Assembly: GCF_034676705.1 (NCBI RefSeq)
Contig: NZ_JAUCBS010000006.1
Span: 84,960 to 148,959, forward strand
Direction of reading: 5' to 3'
Source: Gemmobacter sp.
GTDB taxonomy: Bacteria > Pseudomonadota > Alphaproteobacteria > Rhodobacterales > Rhodobacteraceae
DNA: 64,000 nt
In this document: positions 10,213 to 18,939 of the stretch, piece by piece
Position numbering within the stretch: position 1 is the first letter of the stretch
Layout of the letters: every line of letters begins with the position of its first letter
Notes under the pieces: model-generated
Seen by the model: only the letters and a program-made list of their open reading frames with translations
Databases searched by the model: none
Told to the model about the DNA's origin: nothing
Position numbers and translations under genes: made by a program

Positions 10213-10922
10213 TCCGCCGCCCCGCCCGGTTGCAGGACGCCCAGTTCCACCTCTCCGCCCGACAGGTAGCCCAGCGTCATCAGACGCTCGATCAGGAATT
10301 CGCGGCTGTGGCGGATGTGGTCGGCCTCGATCCCGGCGGCGCGGGCGCCGTCGCCGGCCTCGATGGCATCGACAAGGGCGGTATGTTCGCCGGAATGCTC
10401 GCTGACCTTGACCGTGAAGTCGATGGCAAAGCGCAGCAGGCGTTCCAGCTGGTCGAACAGGCTTTCCGACAGGGCAACCATGCGCGCATTGCGGCTGCAC
10501 CGGGCAATGGCAATGTGAAACCGGCGGGCCACCTGCTGCATCTGTTCCAGATCCATCTCGCCGGCATATTCCTGCACGATCTGGCGCAGCCGGCGGATTT
10601 CGGCCGGCGTGGCATGGCGCGCGGCCTGCCGGGCGATATGCGGGCCGATGGCCGCCCGCATGTCCAGGATTTCATGCACCGCCTGAAAGGTGATCGGCGT
10701 GACCAGATAGCCGCTGCGCGGCAGGATGGTGACCAGCCCTTCGGCCGCCAGCCGCTGCATGGCATCGCGGACGGGGGTTTTGGAAACCTTGTACTCCTCG
10801 GCGATGGATCCGGCATCCAGCGTGGCGCCGGGCGGGATGCGGCAGGTCATGATATCGCGCCGCAGCGCCTGAAAGATGCGCTCGGACACCGGGATCGTGG
10901 CGGCAGTCGTGGTCACGGTCAT
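10209..10922 (-). CDS. GntR family transcriptional regulator (FadR/FCD subfamily)
   Basis: Winged HTH: SIAEEYKVSKTPVRDAMQRLAAEGLVTILPRSGYLV. Followed by an all-helical FCD-like C-terminal domain. Confidence 0.88.
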   Translation of the reverse strand: MTVTTTAATIPVSERIFQALRRDIMTCRIPPGATLDAGSIAEEYKVSKTPVRDAMQRLAAEGLVTILPRSGYLVTPITFQAVHEILDMRAAIGPHIARQAARHATPAEIRRLRQIVQEYAGEMDLEQMQQVARRFHIAIARCSRNARMVALSESLFDQLERLLRFAIDFTVKVSEHSGEHTALVDAIEAGDGARAAGIEADHIRHSREFLIERLMTLGYLSGGEVELGVLQPGGAAE

Positions 10923-10929
10923 CTTGCCC

Positions 10930-11739
10930 TCAATGCTTGGTCCAGGGCACCAGCCGGCGTTCCAGGGCCTCCAGCGCCAGAATGGTCAGATACCCCAGCG
11001 CCGAGATGACGACGATCCCCACGAACATCCGCGACACCGCAAAGGTCTGCCACGACGCCCAGATAAAGAACCCCACCCCCGCCCGCGCGCCCAGGAACTC
11101 GGCGGCCGAGATGATGATGTAGGACGATCCTGCCGCCAGCTTCATGCCGGTGAAAATCCCGCTCATGGCCGATGGTAGCGCGATGCGGCGAAAGGTCTGG
11201 AACCGGGTCGCCCCGGCATTGCGGGCAACATCCAGGTAAATCTGCGGAATCTGCACCACGGCGCCCAGCGTGTTGTAGAACATCAGGAAGAACACCCCGA
11301 TGGCGATGACGACGTATTTCGACGCATCGCCCACGCCGAAAATCAGCAGGATCAGCGGCAGGATGGCAATCTTGGGCACCGGATACAGCGCGGCAAAGAT
11401 CGGTCCCAGCACCCGGCGCACCGGCGCCGACAAGCCCAGGATCAGCCCCAGCAGCACGCCCGGCACCAGCCCCATGGCATAGCCCACGGCAACCCGGCGC
11501 AGGGTGGCCCAGATATGGGTGAACAGTTCCAGGCTGACGATCATCTGCCAGGCGGTTCCCGCGATCACGCTGGGCGGCGGAAAGAACCGCGGGTCTATCA
11601 GCCGGCTGCGCGCCGACAGTTCCCAGACCAGCAGCAACAGCAGCGGGCTGAAATACGACAGGTTGCGATACAGCCGTTCGCGCCGCGCCGGGGCCTTGAG
11701 CCGTGCGATATCGGCGGCAGAAAGGGTCGGGGGGGTCAT
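10930..11739 (-). CDS. ABC transporter permease, NitT/TauT (SsuC-like) family
   Basis: 269-aa hydrophobic ORF. EAA-like loop is ARNAGATRFQTFRRIALP. Confidence 0.88.
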   Translation of the reverse strand: MTPPTLSAADIARLKAPARRERLYRNLSYFSPLLLLLVWELSARSRLIDPRFFPPPSVIAGTAWQMIVSLELFTHIWATLRRVAVGYAMGLVPGVLLGLILGLSAPVRRVLGPIFAALYPVPKIAILPLILLIFGVGDASKYVVIAIGVFFLMFYNTLGAVVQIPQIYLDVARNAGATRFQTFRRIALPSAMSGIFTGMKLAAGSSYIIISAAEFLGARAGVGFFIWASWQTFAVSRMFVGIVVISALGYLTILALEALERRLVPWTKH

Positions 11740-11740
11740 C

Positions 11741-12535
11741 TCAGGCCTCCGGCTTGGCCGCCAGCAGGCGCCAGACTTCGTAGGTCAAATCCCAGAACCG
11801 CTTGTCGCGCCGCAGTTCCACCACGTCGCGCGGCCGTTCGAACGGCACCGCCAGATCGGCCACGATGGTGCCGGGGCGCGGCGACATCACCAGCACGCGG
11901 TCGGCCAGGGTCAGCGCCTCGTCCACGCTGTGGGTGATGAACACCACGGTCTTGCCGGTGCGTTCCCAGATCCCCAGCAGTTCCTGTTGCAGGGTCATCC
12001 GGGTCTGTTCATCCAGCGCACCAAAGGGTTCGTCCATCAGCAGCACGTCGCGGTCATCGACCAGCGCGCGCGCCACCGACACGCGCTGCTTCATCCCGCC
12101 TGACAGCTGATGCGGCCGGGCATCGGCGAAATCGCTTAGTCCCGTCAGGGCCAGCAGTTCGGCCACCCGGGCGCGCTGCCGGTCCTTGGGCACACCTTTC
12201 AGGCTGAGCGGAAAGGCCACGTTCTGCGCCACCGTCAGCCAGGGCAGGACCGAGGCTTCCTGAAACACCATGGCCGGGGTCGTCGCGCTGTCGATCCGCA
12301 GCGACCCCGACAGCGGCTGTTCCAGCCCGGCCAGCATGCGCAATACCGTGGTCTTGCCGCAGCCGCTGGGGCCGACGATGCAGACGAATTCGCCGCGCCG
12401 CACGGTGAAGTTCACCTGCGTGGTCGCCAGCGTGATCCGGTCGCCCGAGACGTCGTAGAACGCCTTGACCAGATCCGTGACCTCGATGACGGCCGGGCCT
12501 GTCGCCCGGCTGTCGGCATGGCCCGTCACGCTCAT
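11741..12535 (-). CDS. ABC transporter ATP-binding protein, NitT/TauT family
   Basis: Walker A GPSGCGKTT, signature LSGGMKQR, Walker B LLMDEPFGALD. Start overlaps the SBP stop. Confidence 0.92.
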   Translation of the reverse strand: MSVTGHADSRATGPAVIEVTDLVKAFYDVSGDRITLATTQVNFTVRRGEFVCIVGPSGCGKTTVLRMLAGLEQPLSGSLRIDSATTPAMVFQEASVLPWLTVAQNVAFPLSLKGVPKDRQRARVAELLALTGLSDFADARPHQLSGGMKQRVSVARALVDDRDVLLMDEPFGALDEQTRMTLQQELLGIWERTGKTVVFITHSVDEALTLADRVLVMSPRPGTIVADLAVPFERPRDVVELRRDKRFWDLTYEVWRLLAAKPEA

Positions 12536-13548
12536 TCGGCGGCCAGCAGGGCGTTGGCTTTTTGCAACAGGTCCAGCCGATAGACGCTGTCGATGTTGAT
12601 CGGCCCTTCATAGGCCAGCGACCCTTGCGCGCGGAAGAAATCCTCCTGCTCGCGGACCGAGGCGATGTCGATCGACCCGTCTTCCGACCGGATCGTATAG
12701 GGAATGCCCTGCAACGTGTCCTTCGGGGTGCCGGTGTATTTCGCCACGATGTCCAGGATCGCGTCGTCCTGCCAGCCGCCATTGTCTAGCTGGCGCGCCG
12801 CCTTCAGGAAGGCCGCAAGAAAGCGCACGACGGCATCTTCGTTTTTCACCGCGAATTCGTTGTTGAACGCGATGAAGCCCAGTTCGGTGCCGAAGGTGTG
12901 GTTTTCGACCAGGCGCTTGCCCAGGCCCTGGCGTTCCAGCTGGATGGCAAAGGGCTCGATGCTCCAGCCGGCTTCCAGCCCGCCGTTGGCAAAGGCGGCG
13001 GCGGTGGCAGGGGGCGGCAGGTAGACGGGTTCGATATCGGCCAGCGTCAGCCCGCCGGTTTCCAGCGCCTTGGCGACCGAGAACATGCCAAAGCCGCCCG
13101 GCCCGGGAATGCCCACGCGCTTGCCTTTCAGGTCTTTCACCTCGCGGATGCCGGCATCCCAGGCCGCCTGCGACACCATCAGCGGCGAGGGCGAGGGCAC
13201 GGTATCGGGCATTTTCGCCAGCGTGCCGACAATGGTCACGGTGGCGCCGGAGTGGATCGAGTTGAACAGCCCCGCCCCCCAGGTGGCAGCGCCCGCCACC
13301 ACGTTGCCCGAGGCCAGCATCTGGATGGTTTCCGCCGTGCCGCTTTTGGGCGACAGGGTCACGTCCACGCCGAACTTGTCGAAATAGCCCAGATCCTCGG
13401 CGACAAAGAAGGGGGCGTAGTCGGCAAAGGGCGAATACAGGAATTCGATCCTGGCCTTGTCCTGCGCCAGCGCCGGCAGGGCGAATGTCAGGCCCAGGGC
13501 GGCAAGGCCCGCGGTCGCAAGGGTGGACCGGAATTGCATCGGAAACAT
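12532..13548 (-). CDS. ABC transporter substrate-binding protein, NMT1/THI5-like (SsuA-like)
   Basis: The ORF extends to 13557 (GTG), but the ATG at 13548 sits 8 nt after AGGAG. Signal peptide ends ALPALAQD. Confidence 0.85.
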   Translation of the reverse strand: MFPMQFRSTLATAGLAALGLTFALPALAQDKARIEFLYSPFADYAPFFVAEDLGYFDKFGVDVTLSPKSGTAETIQMLASGNVVAGAATWGAGLFNSIHSGATVTIVGTLAKMPDTVPSPSPLMVSQAAWDAGIREVKDLKGKRVGIPGPGGFGMFSVAKALETGGLTLADIEPVYLPPPATAAAFANGGLEAGWSIEPFAIQLERQGLGKRLVENHTFGTELGFIAFNNEFAVKNEDAVVRFLAAFLKAARQLDNGGWQDDAILDIVAKYTGTPKDTLQGIPYTIRSEDGSIDIASVREQEDFFRAQGSLAYEGPINIDSVYRLDLLQKANALLAAE

Positions 13549-13649
13549 TGCGCGCACTCCTGATACGTTGGCGGCGTCTGGGCCCGTCCACGGGCTGGAT
13601 TGGGGTATCGGGTTGCGGATGGCAAGCGGTTGGAAAGCTCGGAATCCGC

Positions 13650-13665
13650 ATCTGATGTATCAGAT
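13650..13665. promoter_or_regulatory. 16-bp palindrome ATCTGATGTATCAGAT in the control region of the ABC-GntR operon
   Basis: Perfect 7-bp arms (ATCTGAT/ATCAGAT), about 100 bp upstream of the SBP start, in the only AT-rich patch of the 500-bp intergenic region. Confidence 0.4.
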
Positions 13666-13953
13666 GATGACATTGATGTTTCAGTTGTCAATCAAAGATC
13701 CGGTCGCGCATGCCCTTTGGGTGAAATATGGCAGATCGCGGTGGTGCCGCCGGTATGGCACGGCAGGGTTCTTCTGCCGTGTGCCGCGTTGGGGGCAGAT
13801 CCGCGCTGTGGCCGGTTCAAGGCCGCCTGCGACCATGCCGGATCTGTCAGGGAATCGGTCGGCACGGCGGCCCGATGCTGGCATACTTCGGCACGTCACA
13901 CGGCACGGATGGGCCATGCGGCCCACCGGATCCGCCCCTGGGAAAGATACCGA

Positions 13954-13998
13954 TTGACAGCCTGGCGGGCGCCCTCATATTGTTAGTCTGCAAACGAT
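13954..13998 (+). promoter_or_regulatory. Predicted hnr promoter (TTGACA-N16-CATATT) overlapped by shared operator copy 1, ATTGTTAGTCTGCAAACGAT (13979..13998)
   Basis: TTGACA lies at 13954..13959. The 20-bp imperfect palindrome recurs at 18811..18830 and 20733..20752, with 14 of 20 positions invariant. Confidence 0.5.
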
Positions 13999-14057
13999 AT
14001 CAGCCGCCCGTTCGCGCGGTCTGCCGTTCCCCGCCGCCTCAGCAGAGAGAATGGAAC

Positions 14058-15566
14058 ATGTCCCAGCCGACAGCCGAAGCCAGGGTCAAGCCGGACAAGA
14101 TTCGCTGCGATGCCTGCCCGGTGCTGTGCTACATCGCCGAAGGCCGCAGCGGGGCCTGCGACCGTTACGCCAACCATGACGGCAACCTGATCCGGGTCGA
14201 TGCGCTGACCATCCTGCAACAGGCCGGGCCGCAGGCCGAGGCGGTGCCCTTTCTGGCCAAGGGCGATCCGGCCGACTGGGACGGCGACATCCTGGCGGCG
14301 ACGAACCCGCAGCGCTTTGTCACCGCCGTGGGCGCCGGCACCACCTACCCCGATTACAAGCCCGCCCCCTTCATCGTCAGCCAGCAGGTGGACGGGGTGG
14401 ATATGGTCACGGTCGTGACCGAGGGGATCTTCAGTTATTGCGGCGTCAAGGTAAAGATCGACACCGACCGCCACATCGGTGACGAACGCGCGGTCGTGCG
14501 GGTGGATGGCGAGCCGATCGGGCATGTCATGACCTCGGAATACGGGTCCAAGATGCTGTCGCTGGGCGGGGTCGAACATCTGACCGGCGGCAGCAAGAAG
14601 GAAGGCCGCGTCACCTGCGATGCGCTGCTGCACCTGTGCAACGGGCAGGCGGTGGAAATGACCGTCGACGACGGCGCGGTCATCGTGGTGCAGGCGGGCA
14701 AGGCGCCGATCATCGACGGCACGCCCGAACGGCTGATGCGGGTGGGCTGCGGATCGGCCACCATCGGCATCTTTGCCGCGCAATGGGCGCCGCTGGTGGA
14801 CGAGGTGGTGGTGGTGGACGACCATATCACCGGCGTCCTGTCGGAGCATCAGGCCGGCAAGATGCTGGACATGCTGCCCACCGGGATCCGCATCAAGGGC
14901 CGCAAATCCACGCCCGGGCGCTATTTCCAGGTGGCCAAACCCGGCACCGGCTGGGGCGGCACCGATATCAGCGATCCGCTGTCCATTCTGGGCGCGTTCG
15001 ATGCCAGACATGCCCGCGCGGGGCTGACGCTGCTGATGGTGTCCACCACGGGCGAACACTACGCCTATTTCGTGCTGGATGCCGATCTGGTGCCGCAACC
15101 GCAGCCGATGCCCCCGGCGCTGCTGGCTGCCGTGAACCGGGTGGCGGAAAACTGCGAACCCTCGCTGTGTTCGGTGCTGTTCATGGGCGGCGCCGGCGGG
15201 TCGCTGCGGGCGGGGGTCACGCAGAACCCGGTGCGGCTGACCAATTCGGTCAAGCAGGCGCTGACCTATGTCACCTGCGGCGGGGCCGAGGCCTATGTCT
15301 GGCCGGGCGGCGGCATCACGGTGATGGTGGATGTCATGAAAATGCCCAGCGGATCCTTTGGTTATGTGCCCACGCCGGCGCTGGTCGCGCCCATCGAATT
15401 CACCCTGCGGGTCAGCGATTATATCGAACTGGGCGGCCATGCCGACCGGATCCGCCCCCTGGCCGAGGTGCTGGCCAGCCAGTCCAACCTGCGCGAGCTG
15501 GGCCGGATAGATCCGCAGACCGACCCGCTGGCAGACCGGAACTACGCATGGCATTCGCCGCGCTGA
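14058..15566 (+). CDS. 6-hydroxynicotinate-reductase-like Fe-S (flavo)protein (Hnr family)
   Basis: ATG at 14058 is in frame within ORF 13728..15566 and follows AGAGAGAATGGAAC. N-terminal cysteine cluster is KIRCDACPVLCYIAEGRSGACDRYANHDGNLIRVD, as I recall it from proteobacterial proteins annotated as 6-hydroxynicotinate reductase. Linked to an enamidase-like gene. Confidence 0.65.
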   Translation: MSQPTAEARVKPDKIRCDACPVLCYIAEGRSGACDRYANHDGNLIRVDALTILQQAGPQAEAVPFLAKGDPADWDGDILAATNPQRFVTAVGAGTTYPDYKPAPFIVSQQVDGVDMVTVVTEGIFSYCGVKVKIDTDRHIGDERAVVRVDGEPIGHVMTSEYGSKMLSLGGVEHLTGGSKKEGRVTCDALLHLCNGQAVEMTVDDGAVIVVQAGKAPIIDGTPERLMRVGCGSATIGIFAAQWAPLVDEVVVVDDHITGVLSEHQAGKMLDMLPTGIRIKGRKSTPGRYFQVAKPGTGWGGTDISDPLSILGAFDARHARAGLTLLMVSTTGEHYAYFVLDADLVPQPQPMPPALLAAVNRVAENCEPSLCSVLFMGGAGGSLRAGVTQNPVRLTNSVKQALTYVTCGGAEAYVWPGGGITVMVDVMKMPSGSFGYVPTPALVAPIEFTLRVSDYIELGGHADRIRPLAEVLASQSNLRELGRIDPQTDPLADRNYAWHSPR

Positions 15567-16399
15567 TCGACGGGGGGCGGCGGCTGCACCTGCAACACGG
15601 GCCGATCGACCTGCTGATTTCCGCCGAAGGGCCGGGCGATGCGCGGGTGGCGGCCTTTCGGGCGGCGACGGTGCGGTTCGACGGCTTGCTGGGCGAACTG
15701 GTCGCCGAACTGCCCCTGCTGCGCGCGCCGGTCACGGCGGGGTCGCGGGTGCCCACGGGCCCGGTGGCGCGGCGGATGCATGCGGCCTGCCTGCCCCACG
15801 GCCTGCACGATTTCATCACGCCGATGGCCGCCGTCGCCGGTGCGGTGGCCGACGAGATTGCAGATGCCATGCGCGCCAGTGCCGATCTGACCCGGCTGGT
15901 GGTGAACAATGGCGGCGACATCGCCTTTGACGCGGCGCCGGGGCAGCAGATGCAGGCGCTGATCGCCACGCCAGAGGGCCGGGTGCTGGGGCAGGTCAGC
16001 CTGCCGGGGGGCGGTCCGGTGCGCGGCATGGCCACCAGCGGGCGCGGCGGGCGCAGTTTCTCGTTGGGCATCGCCGACAGCGTGACGGTGCTGGCCGAAA
16101 CCGCCGCCATGGCCGATGCCGCCGCCACGATGATCGGGAATGCGGTGGATCTGCCGGGCCATCCCGCGATCCGCCGCACCCCGGCGCAGGATCTGGCGCC
16201 CGACAGCGACCTGGGCGCGCGGCTGGTGGTGACCGGGCTGGGCGCCTTGAATGCCACGGAAACCGCCACCGCGCTGGAACGGGGGCTGGACCGGGCGCAG
16301 CACTTGCAGCGCGGCGGGCTGATCGTGGCCGCCGCGCTGTATCTTGGCGCCGACCACCGGGTGACCGGCGGCTGGCCGGGGCAACTGGGCCGCAGTTAA
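15548..16399 (+). CDS. UPF0280 family protein (ApbE-like fold)
   Basis: ATG at 15548 lies within ORF 14636..16399 and overlaps the hnr-like 3' end by 19 nt. N-terminus MAFAALIDGGRRLHLQHGPIDLLISAEG is typical of UPF0280 as I recall it. Confidence 0.6.
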   Translation: MAFAALIDGGRRLHLQHGPIDLLISAEGPGDARVAAFRAATVRFDGLLGELVAELPLLRAPVTAGSRVPTGPVARRMHAACLPHGLHDFITPMAAVAGAVADEIADAMRASADLTRLVVNNGGDIAFDAAPGQQMQALIATPEGRVLGQVSLPGGGPVRGMATSGRGGRSFSLGIADSVTVLAETAAMADAAATMIGNAVDLPGHPAIRRTPAQDLAPDSDLGARLVVTGLGALNATETATALERGLDRAQHLQRGGLIVAAALYLGADHRVTGGWPGQLGRS

Positions 16400-16980
16400 C
16401 GCAGCCCGTCCACGCCCTTGGCGTCCTTCGCCTCCAGCCCGCCGACGCGGGGGTGCGGGCGGCCGCTGTCGGTCACCGCAATCGCCACCACGATTTCATC
16501 GGGGCGCGGCGCATCGTTGAACCGGATCTCGACCCCGTCGAAGTGCGAGCGGACAAAGGCCGCATCCTTGTGGCCCAGCGGAATATCCAGATCCTGCCCC
16601 ATGCCGCCCCGCTTTTTCGACGAGGGCACAAGGGCCGCGCCCTTTTCCACCGCCTTGCGCAAAGGCGCGCCCATGCGGGGATGCAGCAGGGCGGCGGCAT
16701 GTTCCAACTCGCCATTCTCGCCGACCAGCGCGGCCTTGCCATAGCTTTCGATCTGGTGGGGCCGCACCCCCAGCGCATCGCGGGCGCGGGCGCCCAGCAG
16801 GGCGCCCAGTTCCTCGCCCATGGCCATCAGCGGTTCCAGATCCTCGGCAAACTGGCCGGCGAATGGGTTCTGGATCACCGCTGCCGCCACCGCCTTGCGG
16901 GTGGGGGGCATAACGGGACGGCCGCCTTCGACATGCACTTCCTCGACCCAGACGCCGATCTTGCGGATGCGCGCGGTCAT
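16396..16980 (-). CDS. 'Amino acid synthesis' family protein (DUF1185), copy B
   Basis: 194 aa. Blocks VIQNPFAGQFAEDL, HPRMGAPLR and SHFDGVEI. Paralogous to the adjacent ORF. Confidence 0.7.
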   Translation of the reverse strand: MTARIRKIGVWVEEVHVEGGRPVMPPTRKAVAAAVIQNPFAGQFAEDLEPLMAMGEELGALLGARARDALGVRPHQIESYGKAALVGENGELEHAAALLHPRMGAPLRKAVEKGAALVPSSKKRGGMGQDLDIPLGHKDAAFVRSHFDGVEIRFNDAPRPDEIVVAIAVTDSGRPHPRVGGLEAKDAKGVDGLR

Positions 16981-17558
16981 CTTAGCCCATCCTCGCCCTT
17001 GATCGCCGACGCAGCCAGCCCGCCGGACCGGGCATGGATGCGCGGGCCGGTGGTCATGACCAGCGCCAGCAGGATTTCATCGGCGCGCGGACTGTCGTTG
17101 GTGCCCACCTCCATCGCGTCGAAATGGCTGCGCACGTAGGAGGCGTTGATATGGGTGATCGGCACATCCAGCCGCGCCCCTGCCCCGCCCACCTTCTTGG
17201 CCGATGGCACGATGGCCCTGGCATCGCCCAGCACGCCGCGCATGGCATAGCCGCCGGGGGCATGCCACAGCGCGCCGTGTTCCAGCTCGCCTGCCGCGCC
17301 GATCAGCGCGCCCTTGCCATAGCCTTCGATCCGCGCCGCCCCGCCAAGCGCCGCGACCAGCTGGCGCGCCATGTCCAGGCCCAGCGGCTCCAGATCGGCC
17401 ATGAAGCCCTGGATATCCTCGACATAGCGCCCGGCGAAGGGGTTGGTGATCACGGCCAGCGCGGCGCCGCGCATCAGCGGGGTGGCGGCCGGCGCGCCGC
17501 CTTCGTGAAAGATTTCCTCGGTCACGAGGATGCGTTTTCTGACGTTCAGCAAGCTCAT
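16977..17558 (-). CDS. 'Amino acid synthesis' family protein (DUF1185), copy A
   Basis: 193 aa. Blocks VITNPFAGRYVEDI and SHFDAMEV. GGAGAG RBS. Stop overlaps the start of copy B (ATGA). Confidence 0.7.
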   Translation of the reverse strand: MSLLNVRKRILVTEEIFHEGGAPAATPLMRGAALAVITNPFAGRYVEDIQGFMADLEPLGLDMARQLVAALGGAARIEGYGKGALIGAAGELEHGALWHAPGGYAMRGVLGDARAIVPSAKKVGGAGARLDVPITHINASYVRSHFDAMEVGTNDSPRADEILLALVMTTGPRIHARSGGLAASAIKGEDGLR

Positions 17559-17575
17559 GCGTGGCTCTCCAGGGG

Positions 17576-18784
17576 TCAGTGATGCGGGGTGACGATCTCG
17601 GGCATGCGCTGCGATGGCGGGGTGTTGCGGCTGCGCCGGCTGCGCACGACGCCGTCGATCACCGTCATGCAGACGCCCGGCAGGTTGCCCTGTTCGACCG
17701 AGGCCAGCAGCGTCTTGCCTGGCGCATGCTGGGCCTGATCCATCAGCACGAAATCGGCGGCATAACCCTTTTCCAGCAGGCCCGCATCAAGGCCCCGCTG
17801 CCGCGCCGTATTGCCATTGGCAAAGCAGAAGGCCAGTTCCGCCGGCACGTTACCAAGGCTGGACAGCATGGCCACCATCCGCAGGATGCCCAGCGGCTGC
17901 ACCCCCGACCCGGCCGGGCCATCGGTGCCCAGGATGATGCGGTCCATCTGCTTGAGTTCGCGCGCGGTGTTCAGCGTCAGCAGCGCGGCGCGTTCGTTGC
18001 CGTTGTGAACGATCTCCAGCCCGGCCTGACAGCCTTCGCAGATGCAGATGATCTGGTCGTCGGGCAAGGCGGTGTGGCCGCCGTTGATATGGCCGACCAC
18101 ATCGGTTCCCGCCTCCAGCACCACGGCGGCGTCGATCAGGCCGGATCCGGGGATCGACGGGCCGCCGGTATGGATGGTGGACTGGATGCCGTATTTGCGG
18201 GCCCATTCCACCATCCTGCGCGCGGTCGGGCCATCCTTGACGCCGCCCAGACCGACCTCGCCCAGCAGGGTGACGCCGGCGGCGGCCAGGTCCTTGAAAT
18301 CCTGCTCGACCATCTCGGTCTCGATCACCGGGGCGCCGGCATGCACCTTGACGCCCGAGGGGCGGAAGTTCTGATACCAGCGCTGCGCCGCGATGGCCTG
18401 CGCCTTGAGCCCGACGATATCGCGCGCCCGGCCGGGCGTATGCACCTCGCCCGCCGAGATCATCGTGGTGACGCCGCCGTGCAGGGTCGAATCGATCCAG
18501 TTCAGCTGGCTTTGGCGGGGGGTGTAATCGCCCACCACCGGGTGGACATGGCTGTCGATCAGCCCGGGCGCCACCGTCACGCCCTTGGCGTCGATCAGCA
18601 GTTCGGCCCCGTCGCAATCCAGATCCTTTTCGTAGCCATAGGCCACGATGCGGCCCCCGATGGCCACGATGCAGTCGCCGTCCGCGATCGGGGCCTCGAT
18701 CTTGCCGGTCAGCAGCAGTCCGATGTTGCGGATCACCATCTTGCTGTCGGGGCCCGGAACGCCCCCCTGGGCTTCCTCTGCCAT
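17576..18784 (-). CDS. Enamidase-like amidohydrolase (Ena family, metal-dependent cyclic amidohydrolase)
   Basis: 402-aa ORF. An alternative start is at M16 (18739). Blocks VAPGLIDSHVHPVVGDYTPRQ, LHGGVTTMISAGEVH, HTGGPSIPGS, HINGG and C-terminal SRNTPPSQR closely match my memory of Eubacterium barkeri enamidase. Confidence 0.75.
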   Translation of the reverse strand: MAEEAQGGVPGPDSKMVIRNIGLLLTGKIEAPIADGDCIVAIGGRIVAYGYEKDLDCDGAELLIDAKGVTVAPGLIDSHVHPVVGDYTPRQSQLNWIDSTLHGGVTTMISAGEVHTPGRARDIVGLKAQAIAAQRWYQNFRPSGVKVHAGAPVIETEMVEQDFKDLAAAGVTLLGEVGLGGVKDGPTARRMVEWARKYGIQSTIHTGGPSIPGSGLIDAAVVLEAGTDVVGHINGGHTALPDDQIICICEGCQAGLEIVHNGNERAALLTLNTARELKQMDRIILGTDGPAGSGVQPLGILRMVAMLSSLGNVPAELAFCFANGNTARQRGLDAGLLEKGYAADFVLMDQAQHAPGKTLLASVEQGNLPGVCMTVIDGVVRSRRSRNTPPSQRMPEIVTPHH

Positions 18785-18810
18785 GTCGATCTTCCTATGA
18801 TTGGCGCAAT

Positions 18811-18830
18811 ATCGTTAGTATGCAGACGAT
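18811..18830. promoter_or_regulatory. Shared operator copy 2, ATCGTTAGTATGCAGACGAT, in the divergent ena/marR control region
   Basis: Lies 26 nt upstream of the ena start codon and 110 nt upstream of marR. Overlaps candidate -10 elements on both strands: CAATAT at 18807..18812 (+), and CATACT inside the site (-). Confidence 0.5.
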
Positions 18831-18939
18831 CTTGCCATCGGGCAAGTGGTCAGGTGCAGCCTGCGCCAGATCGGCATATTGCAATCCTGCCCGATTGCGG
18901 GCCTTGTGCTGGGGTTGCGCTGCAAGCCGGGAGAGAGAG

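Noticed and set aside
13878-13894. Sigma-54-like word CTGGCATACTTCGGCAC, plus TGGCACGGCAGGGTTC at 13756.
   Set aside because: The -24 GG is present, but the -12 element is GGCA or GGTT rather than TTGC. No bEBP-type activator gene is nearby. A sigma-70-like promoter with the shared operator already explains hnr expression.
13457-13986. ORFs of 81-166 aa inside the 500-bp hnr/ABC intergenic region (13457..13957, 13600..13986, 13681..13926).
   Set aside because: They have no RBS, no codon-position GC bias and no recognisable domains. They overlap each other and the predicted promoter and operator elements.
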